NCBI RefSeq assembly: GCF_964204645.1
Contig: NC_134025.1
Coordinates: forward strand, 25,152,299-25,216,298
Source of the DNA: Tubulanus polymorphus
Lineage: Eukaryota; Animalia; Nemertea
Length of the DNA: 64,000 bases
Direction: 5' to 3'
The notes beneath the pieces are model-generated. The model saw nothing but the letters and a program-made list of their open reading frames with translations. It searched no databases and was not told the origin of the DNA. This document shows positions 11,901 through 24,335 of this stretch, piece by piece (position 1 is the stretch's first letter; each line of letters starts with the position of its first letter). Both the position numbers and the translations under genes were made by a program.

Positions 11901-13284
11901 TACAAAATATAAAGAAAAAAAAATATTTCCTCTGCCTGTTTTGTTACTACCGGCTGTATAGAGATAAAAAGTCAATAAACTCTGATAAGATGTTCGCATG
12001 TGTGTGAAAAGTTCATTTTTCGGTTTCTGTGAAATTACTGCTTACATTGGGAGTGTCGCTGAGGATCGGCTTCACACTCAACATCTATCGGAATCTGTTG
12101 CTTCTTCTAATAAGAGTCAGGTGATAGATACAAAATATAAAGAAAAAAAAATATTTTCTCTGCCTGTTTTGTTACTACCGGCTGTATCGATTGAAGTAAA
12201 AAAAATTGTATTCGTAATTACTTTAAATGTTATGATTTACGCTTCTACCTAGCTCAAAATGATACCTTAGAAGTTCTGGATCTAAGTTGGAATCACATTC
12301 GTAGGGCTGGAGGAATCGCATTAGCCGAGGGACTGCAGGTATACACTAACAAACCCGATAACACACCTTGTTCATCTTATTGCAATTTCAAAACAAATTT
12401 CAACTTAATTGTTTGCTATAGGAAAATGTACGGCTGAAGAAGGTGAATTTAGCATGGAATGGTTTTGGCACTGAAGGTGGTGTAGCTATCGGTAAGGCTC
12501 TGATGGATAACCGAACACTTCTAGAACTCGATATCACAAGTAATCGCATGGATAACGAAGCAGCTGAAACTATCGCTAAGGCAATCAAAGTAAATGATAC
12601 TTTGGAAACATTGAAGGTAAAAAGGCCATCCGCCAATGCGTATATAGTTTTGAAAATGCTCAAGTAGCGATAATAATTCTTGAAATTATTTTTGCAGATC
12701 AGCGATAATGCATTTGATCATATTGCTGCAAACTCCCTTTTAGCGGCACTCCTAAAAAATGACTCATCTCAATTACAGTTACTTGATTTAAGGGTAGGTA
12801 CACGTAGAAGATCATCTCAGATACAAAATCAATCTATTCATTGATTCTTCTACTATAAAGAGTGATATTTCTTTTGATATCTAATCAATATTCATATTCT
12901 GACTGAATAAAACGAGACGTGATGAAGGGATCTAACTGAAATCCCCTCGGTTATAAATAATCTCTTCTAAAACTGAACATGATACCTCCCCGTAACAACC
13001 ATTGTTGATTTTATTGTCGGTAGAGTCCTTCTGTCACCAGACAGCCATTTTTCTATTCAATTCATCATTTTTGATCGTTGACACGGTCCTTTCAGAGCCA
13101 CGTCGTAAAAGATGAATTCATCTATATGTTGGAAGACTTGCACGAGGTCCTGCCGAAAATAAAGGTGCTGTATCGCTTTATATCAAGACTCCGGCCGCGA
13201 CCGCAGCCAGTGGCAGCATCTGGTGGATGTTGCGCCGGATGCAAGAATCCGATGGAAACGTCTGGAAATATCGTCGCCGAATGA
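8985..13284 (+). CDS. LRRC74: Leucine-rich repeat protein, LRRC74A/B-like (spliced)
   Basis: GT-AG exons in frame: 8985-9032, 9176-9482, 10693-10874, 10953-11060, 11131-11224, 11336-11385, 11460-11541, 12253-12338, 12422-12616, 12698-12793, 13096-13284. Acidic N-terminus with DTDL, then CEELGVVP and RI-type LRRs (LNLEDN, LDLSHN, LDLSWN, VNLAWNGFG). An optional small exon near 10256-10300 is uncertain. Confidence 0.8.
10558..10584. repeat. Short palindromic dispersed repeat, family A (CCTTGGAGTAATCGGACTGATTACTCC)
   Basis: Related copies at 23360-23382 and 28274-28298. Confidence 0.55.
11731..12186. repeat. Near-perfect 228-bp tandem duplication inside an LRRC74 intron
   Basis: Units 11731-11958 and 11959-12186. 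One substitution seen (tttcctctg vs ttttctctg). The ORF track shows identical peptides offset by 228. Confidence 0.9.
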
Positions 13285-13846
13285 GATTAATGATCTGACT
13301 TCGTCACGTGCTTCAAATATTTGTCCCGTGTAAACAAAAAAATGCCACGCACACACAAAAAATGAACTCGATTCAAAAACCACGCGCGTGGCCGACATGA
13401 GACGTCTAAACGAAAACGTGTCTAAGCCAACCGCACGGGGACGCTTCGTGTACATAAAATAGTGTATATATAATGATAATATATTATAGAAAATAAGTAT
13501 AATACATTCGACAGTATGTGTATGTATTTTCACAAATTTTTGATATTCTTAGTTTCTACTGATTTGAAATTATGATGGAGTCTCTTTTTAAAATGTTGTA
13601 ACGAAAAATGTCCACAACCTGCAGGCTCACCATCAATTTGAATTGCAAATTCGGGTCTTTCGTTCGATAAAGCTATGTATTTTATATAAATGCTCACAAG
13701 ACTTTTGACTAGACAGTTGAGAAAATCTTGTTCTATCCTCACTTGATAATTCCGTAAACACGAATCGCGAAACGGGCACACAAACGCAACAATCCTGGTT
13801 TCGTAACAGTTTACTAAATGAAAGTCTTATAGAAGTTCTGTAACAG

Positions 13847-15131
13847 TCAGAAATGCAGTGTAGAATCTAAAATGGGAATCGGCGATGTTCTCCTGTTCAT
13901 CATATTTACCTGCAAAATAGAAGGATTGAAATTTTCAGACAACGAATAAAAATCTTAATGAATATGGGAATCGAATGGAATGCAAGAATATTTCTAATTA
14001 GAATTGAAAGCTAACCAACCTAAATTTCGATTCAGAACAAAAGAAATGCTTTCATAATTTCTTTTTTCAAGTAGAATTACAAGAAATATTTAACATCATT
14101 CAGATATGTATTTCTATAATTCTAGTTTTCACCTTCATGATACTTTAAAATTGAGCTTTATTAACTCAGGCAGCACAATATTCAAATGTACAAAATGTTC
14201 ATATATTATTTGTAACTTATACATAAATGAATTTTGCCTAGTGCAAAAAACCGTCTGCCAAGAAAACAACTTATCTCAGATAAAATAAAATTACCGATAT
14301 ATAAGATGTTATAACAATCTGTAAGTTAAGCCAGTATGTATTACATGGTGCATTGTTCTACGATGGAATCAAAAGAAGTAGGAAAAATTCATTTCCAGGA
14401 GAGACGGGTGGCCTAAATCAAACAAGCGTAAACTCTCAAAATACAAAAACAAATATTGAAACATCTATCTTTTCATTATAATAAAGATTTCTAATTAAAA
14501 ATGGAATGAGAAAAGAGTCCATATTCATGTCAAAACTTACATTTTCGAATGAAATCCAGCGGACAGCATTTTCTTTGGTTGTTTGTAATTCCATCATGCG
14601 GACAGTTCGATTTTCAGAACAAGACCACTGTTCCTCGACCGGTAATCGCTGCATGTTCATCACATCGTGATCTTTGATCATTTCTTTCAGTTTGTTTATG
14701 TAATCGATTGCGACCCTCAGCGTTTTCACTTTTGACAGACGTTTGTGTTTGTTTTCGTACGGCACATGTCTTCGAAGTCGTATGAATGCGTTGTTGACCG
14801 CCTGCACGCGCCGTCTTTCACGGGCGTTCCGTTTTGCCACTAAATGCGGTGCTTTCTCTTTATGAGGAATATGTTTATAATTTGATTTTCCTCTCTTTTC
14901 CTTTTTTGATTGTTTTCCACTAGATTTCATCGAATTTTTCATCGCACAGCCGTCCTTTTCTTTTAAGTGCATGCACGAACCTCCGTTGTTGTTACCGCTT
15001 ATGGCGAACTCGTTGTTGGTTTCTCCGTGAGCGAAAGTTGCCATTTGGGACGAAATGTAACCGACACGTTTATCCAGCATTTCGGAAAACATGCAACTTC
15101 TTGGCGAACCCGGAGCCAACAAACTTTGCAT
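13847..15131 (-). CDS. Divergent achaete-scute family bHLH transcription factor (non-ASCa; ASCb/c or HLH-4-like)
   Basis: bHLH VAKRNARERRRVQAVNNAFIRLRRHVPYENKHKRLSKVKTLRVAIDYI. Main exon 15131-14541 ends at donor AAT|GTAAGT. Likely terminal exon 13909-13847 (tttgcag acceptor, VNMMNRR...LHF*); alternative 14412-14389 (ATRLSWK*). The unspliced ORF reads on to 14436. Confidence 0.8.
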
Positions 15132-15676
15132 TCTGTCGCTTATTTCCGTCGATTAAAAAAACTGCGTTATTGAAACTCCTTGCGACGCGTCGGAGCGCTT
15201 GAGTATATTAATTACAAGATGAAAAATGATGGTTTTTTAGCGAGCGTCAACTTCGGTGAATTCAAATCAGAGATTATGAGAGTGTAACATGCAGTAAAGG
15301 CGTGCAGATGATAATATTTTAAGCTGTGCTGCCACCCAGGGCTATATATCTCGCACAGTGCTGCGACGCATCTTCATTTTGGCGGTAATAAATTAATCTT
15401 CTTCCAGATCTCGCAGTAGCACGCAACCAATCACACGATAGAACGCAATCAAACTTGTCAGCCGCATGTGCATAACCATTCATCTGAACCGATACAAGCC
15501 ATCAAACTGATGAACTGGACGTCACTGCAACCGTACAGCAACGCGGACATTAAGAATTCTTGCAAAATAGTTATGAATAAAATCGCGCCATTAGCGAATT
15601 TCGCCTCATAAACAGTTAAGTGTTTATACCCCGGGTAACGTGGCTGGTTCGTGACTGATAATTAATAGTTGTCGGC

Positions 15677-15684
15677 GGCACGCG
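15677..15684. promoter_or_regulatory. Hairy/HES class C site GGCACGCG upstream of the divergent ASC gene
   Basis: Matches the core of the high-affinity Hairy repressor site known upstream of proneural achaete-scute genes. Confidence 0.35.
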
Positions 15685-18121
15685 TTTCCGAGTCGTTTGG
15701 TCCGATTTTGTCCCCGAGTCTTTTAACCGGATGTATGGAAATTGTTCCATCCGCACCAGCAATGGTAACCGGGCTGACGGTCGGACAATGCCGTTTTACT
15801 TCCGGAAATTAGTGGTATTTCATCGGAAATCACAAATAAAATACAAACGTGTCGCCTTTGATGTTACATAATCATATAACAAACAGACTCAATTTTTTAC
15901 GGTGAAGAAAAAACAATAGAACGAAGGGCTTCTGTGTAACAGTTTTGATATAATCTTTACAATATTATCGTTACAATTATCATAATCTCATGCTACGTAT
16001 TTCTGTTTGGCAATGGCTCACAATTTGAAAATGGTTAAACGATTCAGATAAATTATTTTTTCATGTATAAAATATAGAAGGCTCTATTTGTAGGATAAGA
16101 TGTCCTCTTGATTAAGATCACATTGAAAATGCGGTTTTTACAGTGGTGGTCTCCATGTTTTTCTACAATAAATTATAGGATTTATGCAAATGTATGCATA
16201 AATTATTTGGTTGTCGCCAACGAGATGCAGTATCGGTGGATAGCGTGCCAGACACCAGGCACGTGTATTAGCATTCATATTTTACAATCGTCACTTAAGC
16301 TGCTGATGAATTAAGCAAGTACCTGTCAAAACAACCACCGTTCATTAATTATTTTGTCCGCACCGCCGGATATACCAAATAGGTTAACTCATTAAAAGCT
16401 CACGAACTAAGTTAGTAAGGCTTTTTCAGCTTCGGTTTCCGAAAGGCTCTTGAGAAGAGGGGCATTTCTTTTTTATCTTTTGGCACCGGTGAACAGGAAA
16501 TTCCGAATTTAATTGAAAACAATGATATGAAATTAATACACACTATGGCAAAATGCTATGCAACACTTGCTGCTGAAAAGCCAAATCAGTCGCTTGCCAG
16601 TTCAGGCTGGATGGAAGATGGTTTGTAGTTTACCCTGAACTGAAATGTCCATATCAATGTACTTCATTTAAACAAAAAATTATGCTAATTCGACCAAATG
16701 TATTTGTATATGATTAGATTTTGGATCTCAATATCAAACCCTTCGTTTCGCTCCAGTGGGTTGTGTAAGGGACACAAAATCAAATCAAGTCTGCCAACCG
16801 AATAGAAAAGAAGAACAATCCCTCTCTTAGGATAAAAAAAAAACCACACAAAATAGCTGAGGATCGAGATGCACGCGATAAGATATGTACGCCAGTTTTC
16901 GTTGATATACTTAATGTAAAATATCTTCCGCTTGTTTTTATCGTGACAGGTGCTATAATAAACGTTAATTGAATTCTGTCAGTCGGTCCTACGTTTGTGC
17001 ATGTTAAATCCTGCACACTTCACTCGTAATGGGCCTCTTTTATTTCCTCGTGTTTCCTGACAGGAAAATTAAACTGCAGCGAAGAGCGCTATCCATCGAT
17101 GAGATAGGTCTTGTGTCAGAAATCTATTAAATGACAGAATTGATGAGTTAATATAATGTAATTGGTCGCTATCACGTCATCGCTTCATAAGTACATTACA
17201 GTAAACCTAACAGTCACGTAAAATGTCTGATTTGTTTTGAAATGTTTCTCGAATGCATTGTCGGTGTTTTTGTGGCGAGATTTAAGTGGCGCTTGCGAGT
17301 GACGTGCTTGTCGAGGCAGGTGAAAATTCGGAAGGTGTCGATTTAAGTTGACTTCCGGTCGACTTCCTGATCGTCAGTTCGTCTGCCAGTTATCACTTTC
17401 CTATTCACGTGTTTCGGTGATTGCTTTCGGTAACGAGGATGTGCGCTCTCTGTATTCTATCGCTTCTGTATTTCATTTACAATACCTAGATTAATCTATC
17501 AAAAAGATGTATGATTTGAATGGAAAATAATGTTTTTTTTCCTGAGTGAATTTCGATAACGTTTGGTCATAGTTACTATGAATTATTTCGAGTTTATTTG
17601 CAAGTTTTGCAACTGGTACAAAACACACAATATACAAACTTCTCAATATATTCCCAGAATACCATTGCATATAATGTGATATACAATCCCAATTGTAATT
17701 TCGTATATAAAGAAATCAAGAAATCAAAGTGCAATCTTGTTGCAACTAAATAACTCCAAATTCTGACACACGGAATTTCGGCAAACCAAACGATCACAAT
17801 AAGTAAACCCCGCACCCGTCGATCCGTTGCAATGAAGGCCCACATATATATTTACACTGAAAGGGCACGAATTCTCACTGATACTGGTACTAGATCGTCT
17901 AATAAATTTGTATTTATTCTTGTTTTGGCCCAGATGGCCAGATATCAGACGATGAAAATATCAGTGAAGAAAACAAAAGCTAAAAGCGAAGTTCCTTTAT
18001 TATTCCACTATTGAGCTAAAAACGTTTAAAGACTTTCACGTGAGATTTTCAGGATATTCATCATGAAAAAGAACTAAGGATTTGTCGAGTGTAAACAATA
18101 TTGTTTTGAATTTCTTTGCGT

Positions 18122-18133
18122 CACCTGCAGCTG
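18122..18133. promoter_or_regulatory. Tandem proneural E-boxes CACCTG-CAGCTG in the ASC intergenic region
   Basis: Two abutting class A E-boxes. Another GCAGGTG lies at 17316-17322. Confidence 0.3.
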
Positions 18134-20916
18134 GTTGGCTACACTTTACTGCGTAACGGGCGCGTGCCGGGCCTCGCTCGCCCTAGATTCCTTTGTCCGC
18201 TATCTTTCATGGTTTCCCCTCTCTATAAAAGAAGTTTTTTTGATAATAAGTTGATGTCAATAGATTCCCGTCATCCAATACATGTAACCGATATAAAGAG
18301 AGGCACCACGGATGGAATGACGTGAGTTCTCTAAACCATGTCTTTGTTGTGATATAGCGCGATGACAATATCTCGATTCAGTTAAAGACTGCCTTCATGC
18401 GCGGTTTTGCGTGAAAAGTAAAAATATCAGGAAGTCACCGTAGAACAACCTTTGATTAAGTTACTTTGGTCGTACAATAATTTGATTTCTAATCTAAATA
18501 ATCCGAGCCCTTGCGCAGAGTCACGACTCGTATGTACTTATGTACGTAAATCTTATGACCGGTTTTAAATTTTAATATAACTGACCCGGTAACATGGCTC
18601 CTGAATTTGAGGGAGAACGGCTACTGGAGGTATGTTTGTGCGGTTAGTGCGTCCGCAACTCTTACGTGCAACAAATGAAATATATTTCAAGACTGGTGGC
18701 ATCGGAATTGAGCCATTAAATGAGTCCGGAATAATAGGTTTATTGAGTCTTTGTGTAGCGGATATATTTTCTATGATCCATGTACCCAGTGATGCAATTG
18801 CCCTCGGGCACGATCCGCAATATCATTATAATTAAATTGCCGAAGGCGTACATTTTTTTCAAATATGACAATTACAGCACTATGAAAGACCAATGACAAT
18901 CAAATCACGGCTCACGTAACGCCGTTAGTTTGGGGATATTTTGTATTTCTGAATACAATTAGACGAACTATTTGTTGTGGCGCGTGGTTTAAAAAAGTTC
19001 GTGCATTCATTCGATAACCGAGTATAATTGGTTACCACGTGAGTTTTTAAAACACGGTTTGAACCAATAATCAAATGACGAGAAACATTAGTTGAGTTTC
19101 TCAGATGGATTTCGTAGATAAGGTGCTATTTAAGATAATTGGCCCCGAATAATTTATAATCTATTAGACCTGCGTGCTTGTGAAATATCATTCCTCCGAG
19201 TTAATTCAATCGACATCAAACGGACATATTTCAAACTAAAATTTCAACCCATTCAGCGCAATTCAACCCCACTTGGACACGTGCTAATGTGTGACACGGG
19301 AACTACTACGCCGTACGTGAACAAGTGTTAATTTGCCCTGGTCCTGTCTCTTTTGTTTGTGGAGAGTGCGAAATCAGCATCGAGTGTCTCTTGCAGTTCA
19401 ACATAACTCCCCTCATGATTGTGTTAACACGATGATCCGAAATCTCGCTGAGATTGTGAAGACACGAAAATCACAATACCGCTCGTGTGTGACAACTACG
19501 TTACATCTACACACACGGGAAAACAGTTCATATTACACATCCGCATCTCCATCTCTTCGAATCGTTTTTTATAGATATTTTGGGGCATATAGAGAATCCC
19601 AAACCGATATAAAGAGAAAGATCGAGTCCGAAAAGCTTCCTAAAAGCTAATGATTTATTGACTGACTCCATCTTTCTCGTTGTATCAGTGTGGGATTATC
19701 TATACATCGTCACAACACGGACGTAGTGTTTCACCAACTGTTATATGTTGGGATAGCCTACTTATCGTATATTTTCTAATGATTATACTTTTCCTTTGAT
19801 TTCAATGTCAAAATTTAGAAGCCTTCCTTCGATCATGGAATTTATAACGAAGCTTTATAGTCCATGGCTCGATCAATGAGGGTTTGTGAAACGTCGCTGA
19901 GGTTTTCGAAGTGTACCGGGCTATTGCTCCAAAATATAGTACCGTATCTTTGAACATGTATTTGTTTGCCCTGGTCTTGACCAGCGGCGAGTTTAAGATT
20001 TAAAACGTGATGAAGTCAGACTTGAAGTGTTGCGTCAACAACCAAAGCGAAATGCCCTTTTATATTTTACTGACTTTTTTATGGCCTGTGAAATGAATAC
20101 GCTTTTAATGACCAATAATGTCTAACCACGCGCATGCAACAGGCGTGGTTGCTAAGGACGTATTTTACGTCATTGTTTTCGGAACAGGTCACCTAAATCA
20201 AATTCCAGCCGTAATTAATGGCTTCTTTTTGACGTAATGGCGATTGCGTCTACATTAGTTCGCTATTCCCAAGACCCGATACCGCCCAACATGTAATTCA
20301 AACTCATGAAGATGATAATCATCGACAAAATCCTTTGTTGCCTTCGTTAACATATTCTTATGCTGCGTTAAGCTATAAATAATAGCGGTGAAATTTATGA
20401 AAGGGATTTCTCCCGATTCTGACCCAAAAAGGCCATGTCTATATTGAAAGTATTGTTGTGTAACCAAGCTTTTCATGGTGTCTTTAAGCGTCGCTCTTTG
20501 AGTAAGCATCCAGAAAAAAATCCTTATCTCTATTTATCGAAGGCTTTGAATAGATTTCAAAAACGTTTTAAAACGTAATGTATGTCATCAGAGGGTTAGG
20601 TCAGGCACGATGCTTGTTGTGATTGGCTAGCGACACGCGTCGCGCTCGCGACCTCTTGACAACACAACAATGTCGTTCTTGTGCGACGAAGAATGCCAAA
20701 AAACAAGACATCAGACCACCAAACAAAAGATAGCAATACTTCCAAACGTACTCAAAGAGCGACGGCTCATAGACAACAAGTTGGAATTGTTCCAGCAACA
20801 CATTAGCACATCGGAGCAGGAGCACCGAACACGTAAATAAGTTCGGTCGAACGGCATCCGCTCAGTTAATTTGATTCTGTCAACTGGTGTGGTGACCAAA
20901 TGTCGTAAGTTGCAGT

Positions 20917-21678
20917 ATGCAAGCCGCAGATATACTGAGCATTACGTTGTCTCAATTGGCAACAAATCCGAGGCGCATGCAACACAATGCACCGGCTCAG
21001 TATTACCCGTATCACTCGTACGGTACTGGTGAATTCCCGGGATTCAACGAAAGAAGCGACGCTGCTTTTACGCTGGGATCACCAGTCGGTGGTTCATCAG
21101 CCGGCACGACCCCGACGTCGACGCCTTTATCTTCCGATTCGAAAAGATACAAGAAAGTGAGAAATAAGGAATTACTACGCTGTAAACGTCGTCTCGATTT
21201 CAATAATAATTCCGGTCGGTCGGTGCCGACTAAGCCACTGACACCGGCCGTGCAGCGCAGGAATGAAAGAGAACGCAACCGAGTAAGATTGATTAACATG
21301 ACATTCGCCACGCTCAGACAACATTTACCAGGATCGAGTAACAACGGTTCTTCATCACCAGCAACCGTCAACAACGGCGGCGGCGGTCACAATCTACAAA
21401 GGAAACAAAAAATGAGCAAGGTTGACACTCTGAAATCGGCAATAGATTATATCAAGTACATGCAAGAGCTTCTCGACGAAAATGACGCAGTTGACGCAGC
21501 GTTTCGTGCAGGAACAGTAGTTCCGGTCCAGACGACGGCATACCAGCGGCCAGCGATGTTACCATTGTCGCCGACATCGATGTCCGTCAGTTCACCTGGG
21601 TCCGAATCTGCGTCGGATACTGATAACTTCTTGGCGGACGAAGATGACCTATTGGACTTCTCGAGCTGGTTCAATTGA
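20917..21678 (+). CDS. ASCL1: Achaete-scute homolog (ASCa, ASCL1-like) proneural bHLH, paralog 1
   Basis: Single-exon 253-aa ORF with ELLRCKRRL, AVQRRNERERNRVRLIN...KMSKVDTLKSAIDYI and the C-terminal ASCa motif EDDLLDFSSWFN. Confidence 0.92.
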   Translation: MQAADILSITLSQLATNPRRMQHNAPAQYYPYHSYGTGEFPGFNERSDAAFTLGSPVGGSSAGTTPTSTPLSSDSKRYKKVRNKELLRCKRRLDFNNNSGRSVPTKPLTPAVQRRNERERNRVRLINMTFATLRQHLPGSSNNGSSSPATVNNGGGGHNLQRKQKMSKVDTLKSAIDYIKYMQELLDENDAVDAAFRAGTVVPVQTTAYQRPAMLPLSPTSMSVSSPGSESASDTDNFLADEDDLLDFSSWFN

Positions 21679-22220
21679 AATCTAAAAGGTAAGCAGATAA
21701 GTCAAACATCAGTTCGACTGTTCACAAGGTTACGTATGATAACCTTAAAACTGTGTATTCACTAATAATTCAGCATTTTGAACTTCGAATGAATTTCTGT
21801 ATTTCTAAAAGTACTTCTCAACAAAACAAATTGTTTACAGTTCGATGAGTAACACTTCGCCTAAGTTCTTATGTCACGGGCACAAAGGGCGTCTTTTTGA
21901 AAATAATATATTGTCTAATGCCACGCGTTTTACGTACGTACATCTTTTGAAATCGCTCCGTTTAGAATGAAAAGAACCTGTTATATGGCGATGATATTCA
22001 TCACGCGTGACAAAAATAGACAAATGAAAATATTACTCGAATGAGAGTCACAAAAGATAATTCTCAATCGTGGAAATTACTTTAACTTATTTTGTTTATG
22101 TAGGCGACATTTTCGAATGAAACTTATATTGGATGATATTTCCTTAATAGAAATAAAAATATTTTTTCAGAACAACCGATAGAAGAATAAGGACAATCAA
22201 CAATTTGAGAGAAACATCCG

Positions 22221-22238
22221 ACAGCGCCATCTAGTGTA
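22221..22238 (-). promoter_or_regulatory. CTCF-like motif (ACACTAGATGGCGCTG) between the two ASCa CDSs
   Basis: Close match to the CTCF consensus CCASYAGRKGGCRS. Confidence 0.35.
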
Positions 22239-24335
22239 TATATTGACCAGCTAATGATCTATCAACAACCTCTCCGGCAATAAGTTCTATTCATATTTTT
22301 CACTTTATCGATTTATATCATTTTATATCTTTATACCGTATCTATTATGTATGATATTCCACCTAAGTATTTCTAAGATATTTTTATACAGTGGTCGAAG
22401 TGTCCAAACTAACGGACGAAACGTCTGATTTGTATTTATAACAGTATATCGATTGCATTTAAATATAATATTTTGCTCTAGTAGGAATGATAGTATTTGC
22501 AAGTTTTGATAAACTTTTTTTTCATTTGTTCAAGATTTTATTGTTATATATAGAAAGTGTAGTGCTTTCATGAGCCATTAGATGTTTTGTATTCTTTTTG
22601 TAAAAAAAATGTACGAGGTGATTAATAGATATATTTATCTGCACGCGTTTAGCTAGCGACTTTTGTAATTTATCTGATTAAGTATTGATGAAATGAATAA
22701 ATGATTTGAAAATAGATTTAAGAGTTTGTTTTATCTGCATTGCTTATTGATGTCAACTGATGACTCGCGCGCAATCCCAGGCCGTAACGACTGTATGACA
22801 GCGTCGATACCTACCCTCTGCTCAGGCCAGGCAGGCGCGTGAGCTCCCTAGTTGGTCAATCCAGCCTTCGTTTTAGAGTCCATGGTCGATCTCTCTTTAG
22901 TTGAAATTGCAAAAGAAGCAAAAGGATACGATAATAAGACTCGTCACGGTAATGGAGATTTTGTAAAACTGTTTATATTACTCCTTTGATTCCACTCACC
23001 CACTGTTTGAATAGGGTCTATTGATGTTTTCTATCATCTTCCGGGAATGATTGCTCCAAACAAATGAGATATATGCGAGTTCTGGTAATTGATTCTGCAA
23101 GCTTTTTGTGTACCCGTATAAACATCATTAAGACCAATATTCACGATATGTTAGATTATTGTCCAAATCTCCGGCGTAGAGGCGTAAAAGGCATACTTAA
23201 ATGATCTTCAACATCACTAGGAATACACCAATTATGTATTTTAGTTCCATATAACGCATAAAATGGTGATCTTTCCGATTCAGAAAGGTTTCTAAAGGCA
23301 AAGCGGTTTCTCATATCGTACCCAATCCCGGCCAAACTGAAGGATAAATATTGGTTGGACCTTGGAGTAATCGGACTGAATCAGGGGATAAGTCACCTCA
23401 CAGTAGATCCCACGGCTTGACGAACAGTTTGTTTTGGGTTTACTTGGTTCTAACATTTGAAAAAAGAGATCCTTACATTCCAAGGATAGAACCAAAATAA
23501 ACGTGAAATGCACCTCAACCAGCATCGTACGAATTAGACACATTATTTCACCCGCGATGCATGGTCTAACAGGTTTCCGTCATTTGCTGCCGCCTTTTGA
23601 TTACTCTCATTATCGACTATTATTATTGACTATTATATATTTCATCAGGTCTATCAATGATCTATAAAAGATAGTTGATACATCACCGTTAGCCAAGTGG
23701 CTCACAGTGGATATTTCATCATCAGGCCTGCTAATTAGATATTCCCATTCTATTACATATATAGATATGGGCTAGACATTATATTTGCCCCCACAAAAAT
23801 ATGGATTGCAGGAAGTTATTCAACATTTTGAGTCTATAAAGTGTGTGTTTGTGTATCACGTTACTCGTATCCGGCCGCATCATTCGAAATTTCCATGATC
23901 GATATTTCTGTCCCGTTCTCCCCATCGTTTGTTGTGTCATTCAGGTAAAAACTCTTGAAAAATGCCTCTACAAAATAATGGCCGCCCTGTCTCGTTTTAG
24001 CGAGGCTTATGCATTTACATAGACGGTCGCTATTATATTCGGAAACCTATTTTGGGCACTAATAAAAACCACTTCTTGATTTATGAATGGAGTTTATTTG
24101 TCGTTCGTGAAAGCCACGCGCGATGCTTGCGAATGGGAACTGTTCGCGTGATTGGCATGGCGGTACGCGTTCTGGGTGTGGTTTAGGTGACGACGGGCCT
24201 ATCGTGAGACCGCCAGCGCGTGTGTCATTCGCGGGGAATACGATTTTCGTGAAATCGTGTCAAGTCTAGTTTCCGAATTTCGGGTCAGTTGACGGATGCG
24301 CTCTGAGTTTTTAACTAGCATCAGTGGTAACTAAA

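Noticed and set aside
11770-12252. Two near-identical small ORFs (MCVKSSFFG...)
   Set aside because: By-products of the 228-bp intronic duplication, with no coding hallmarks.
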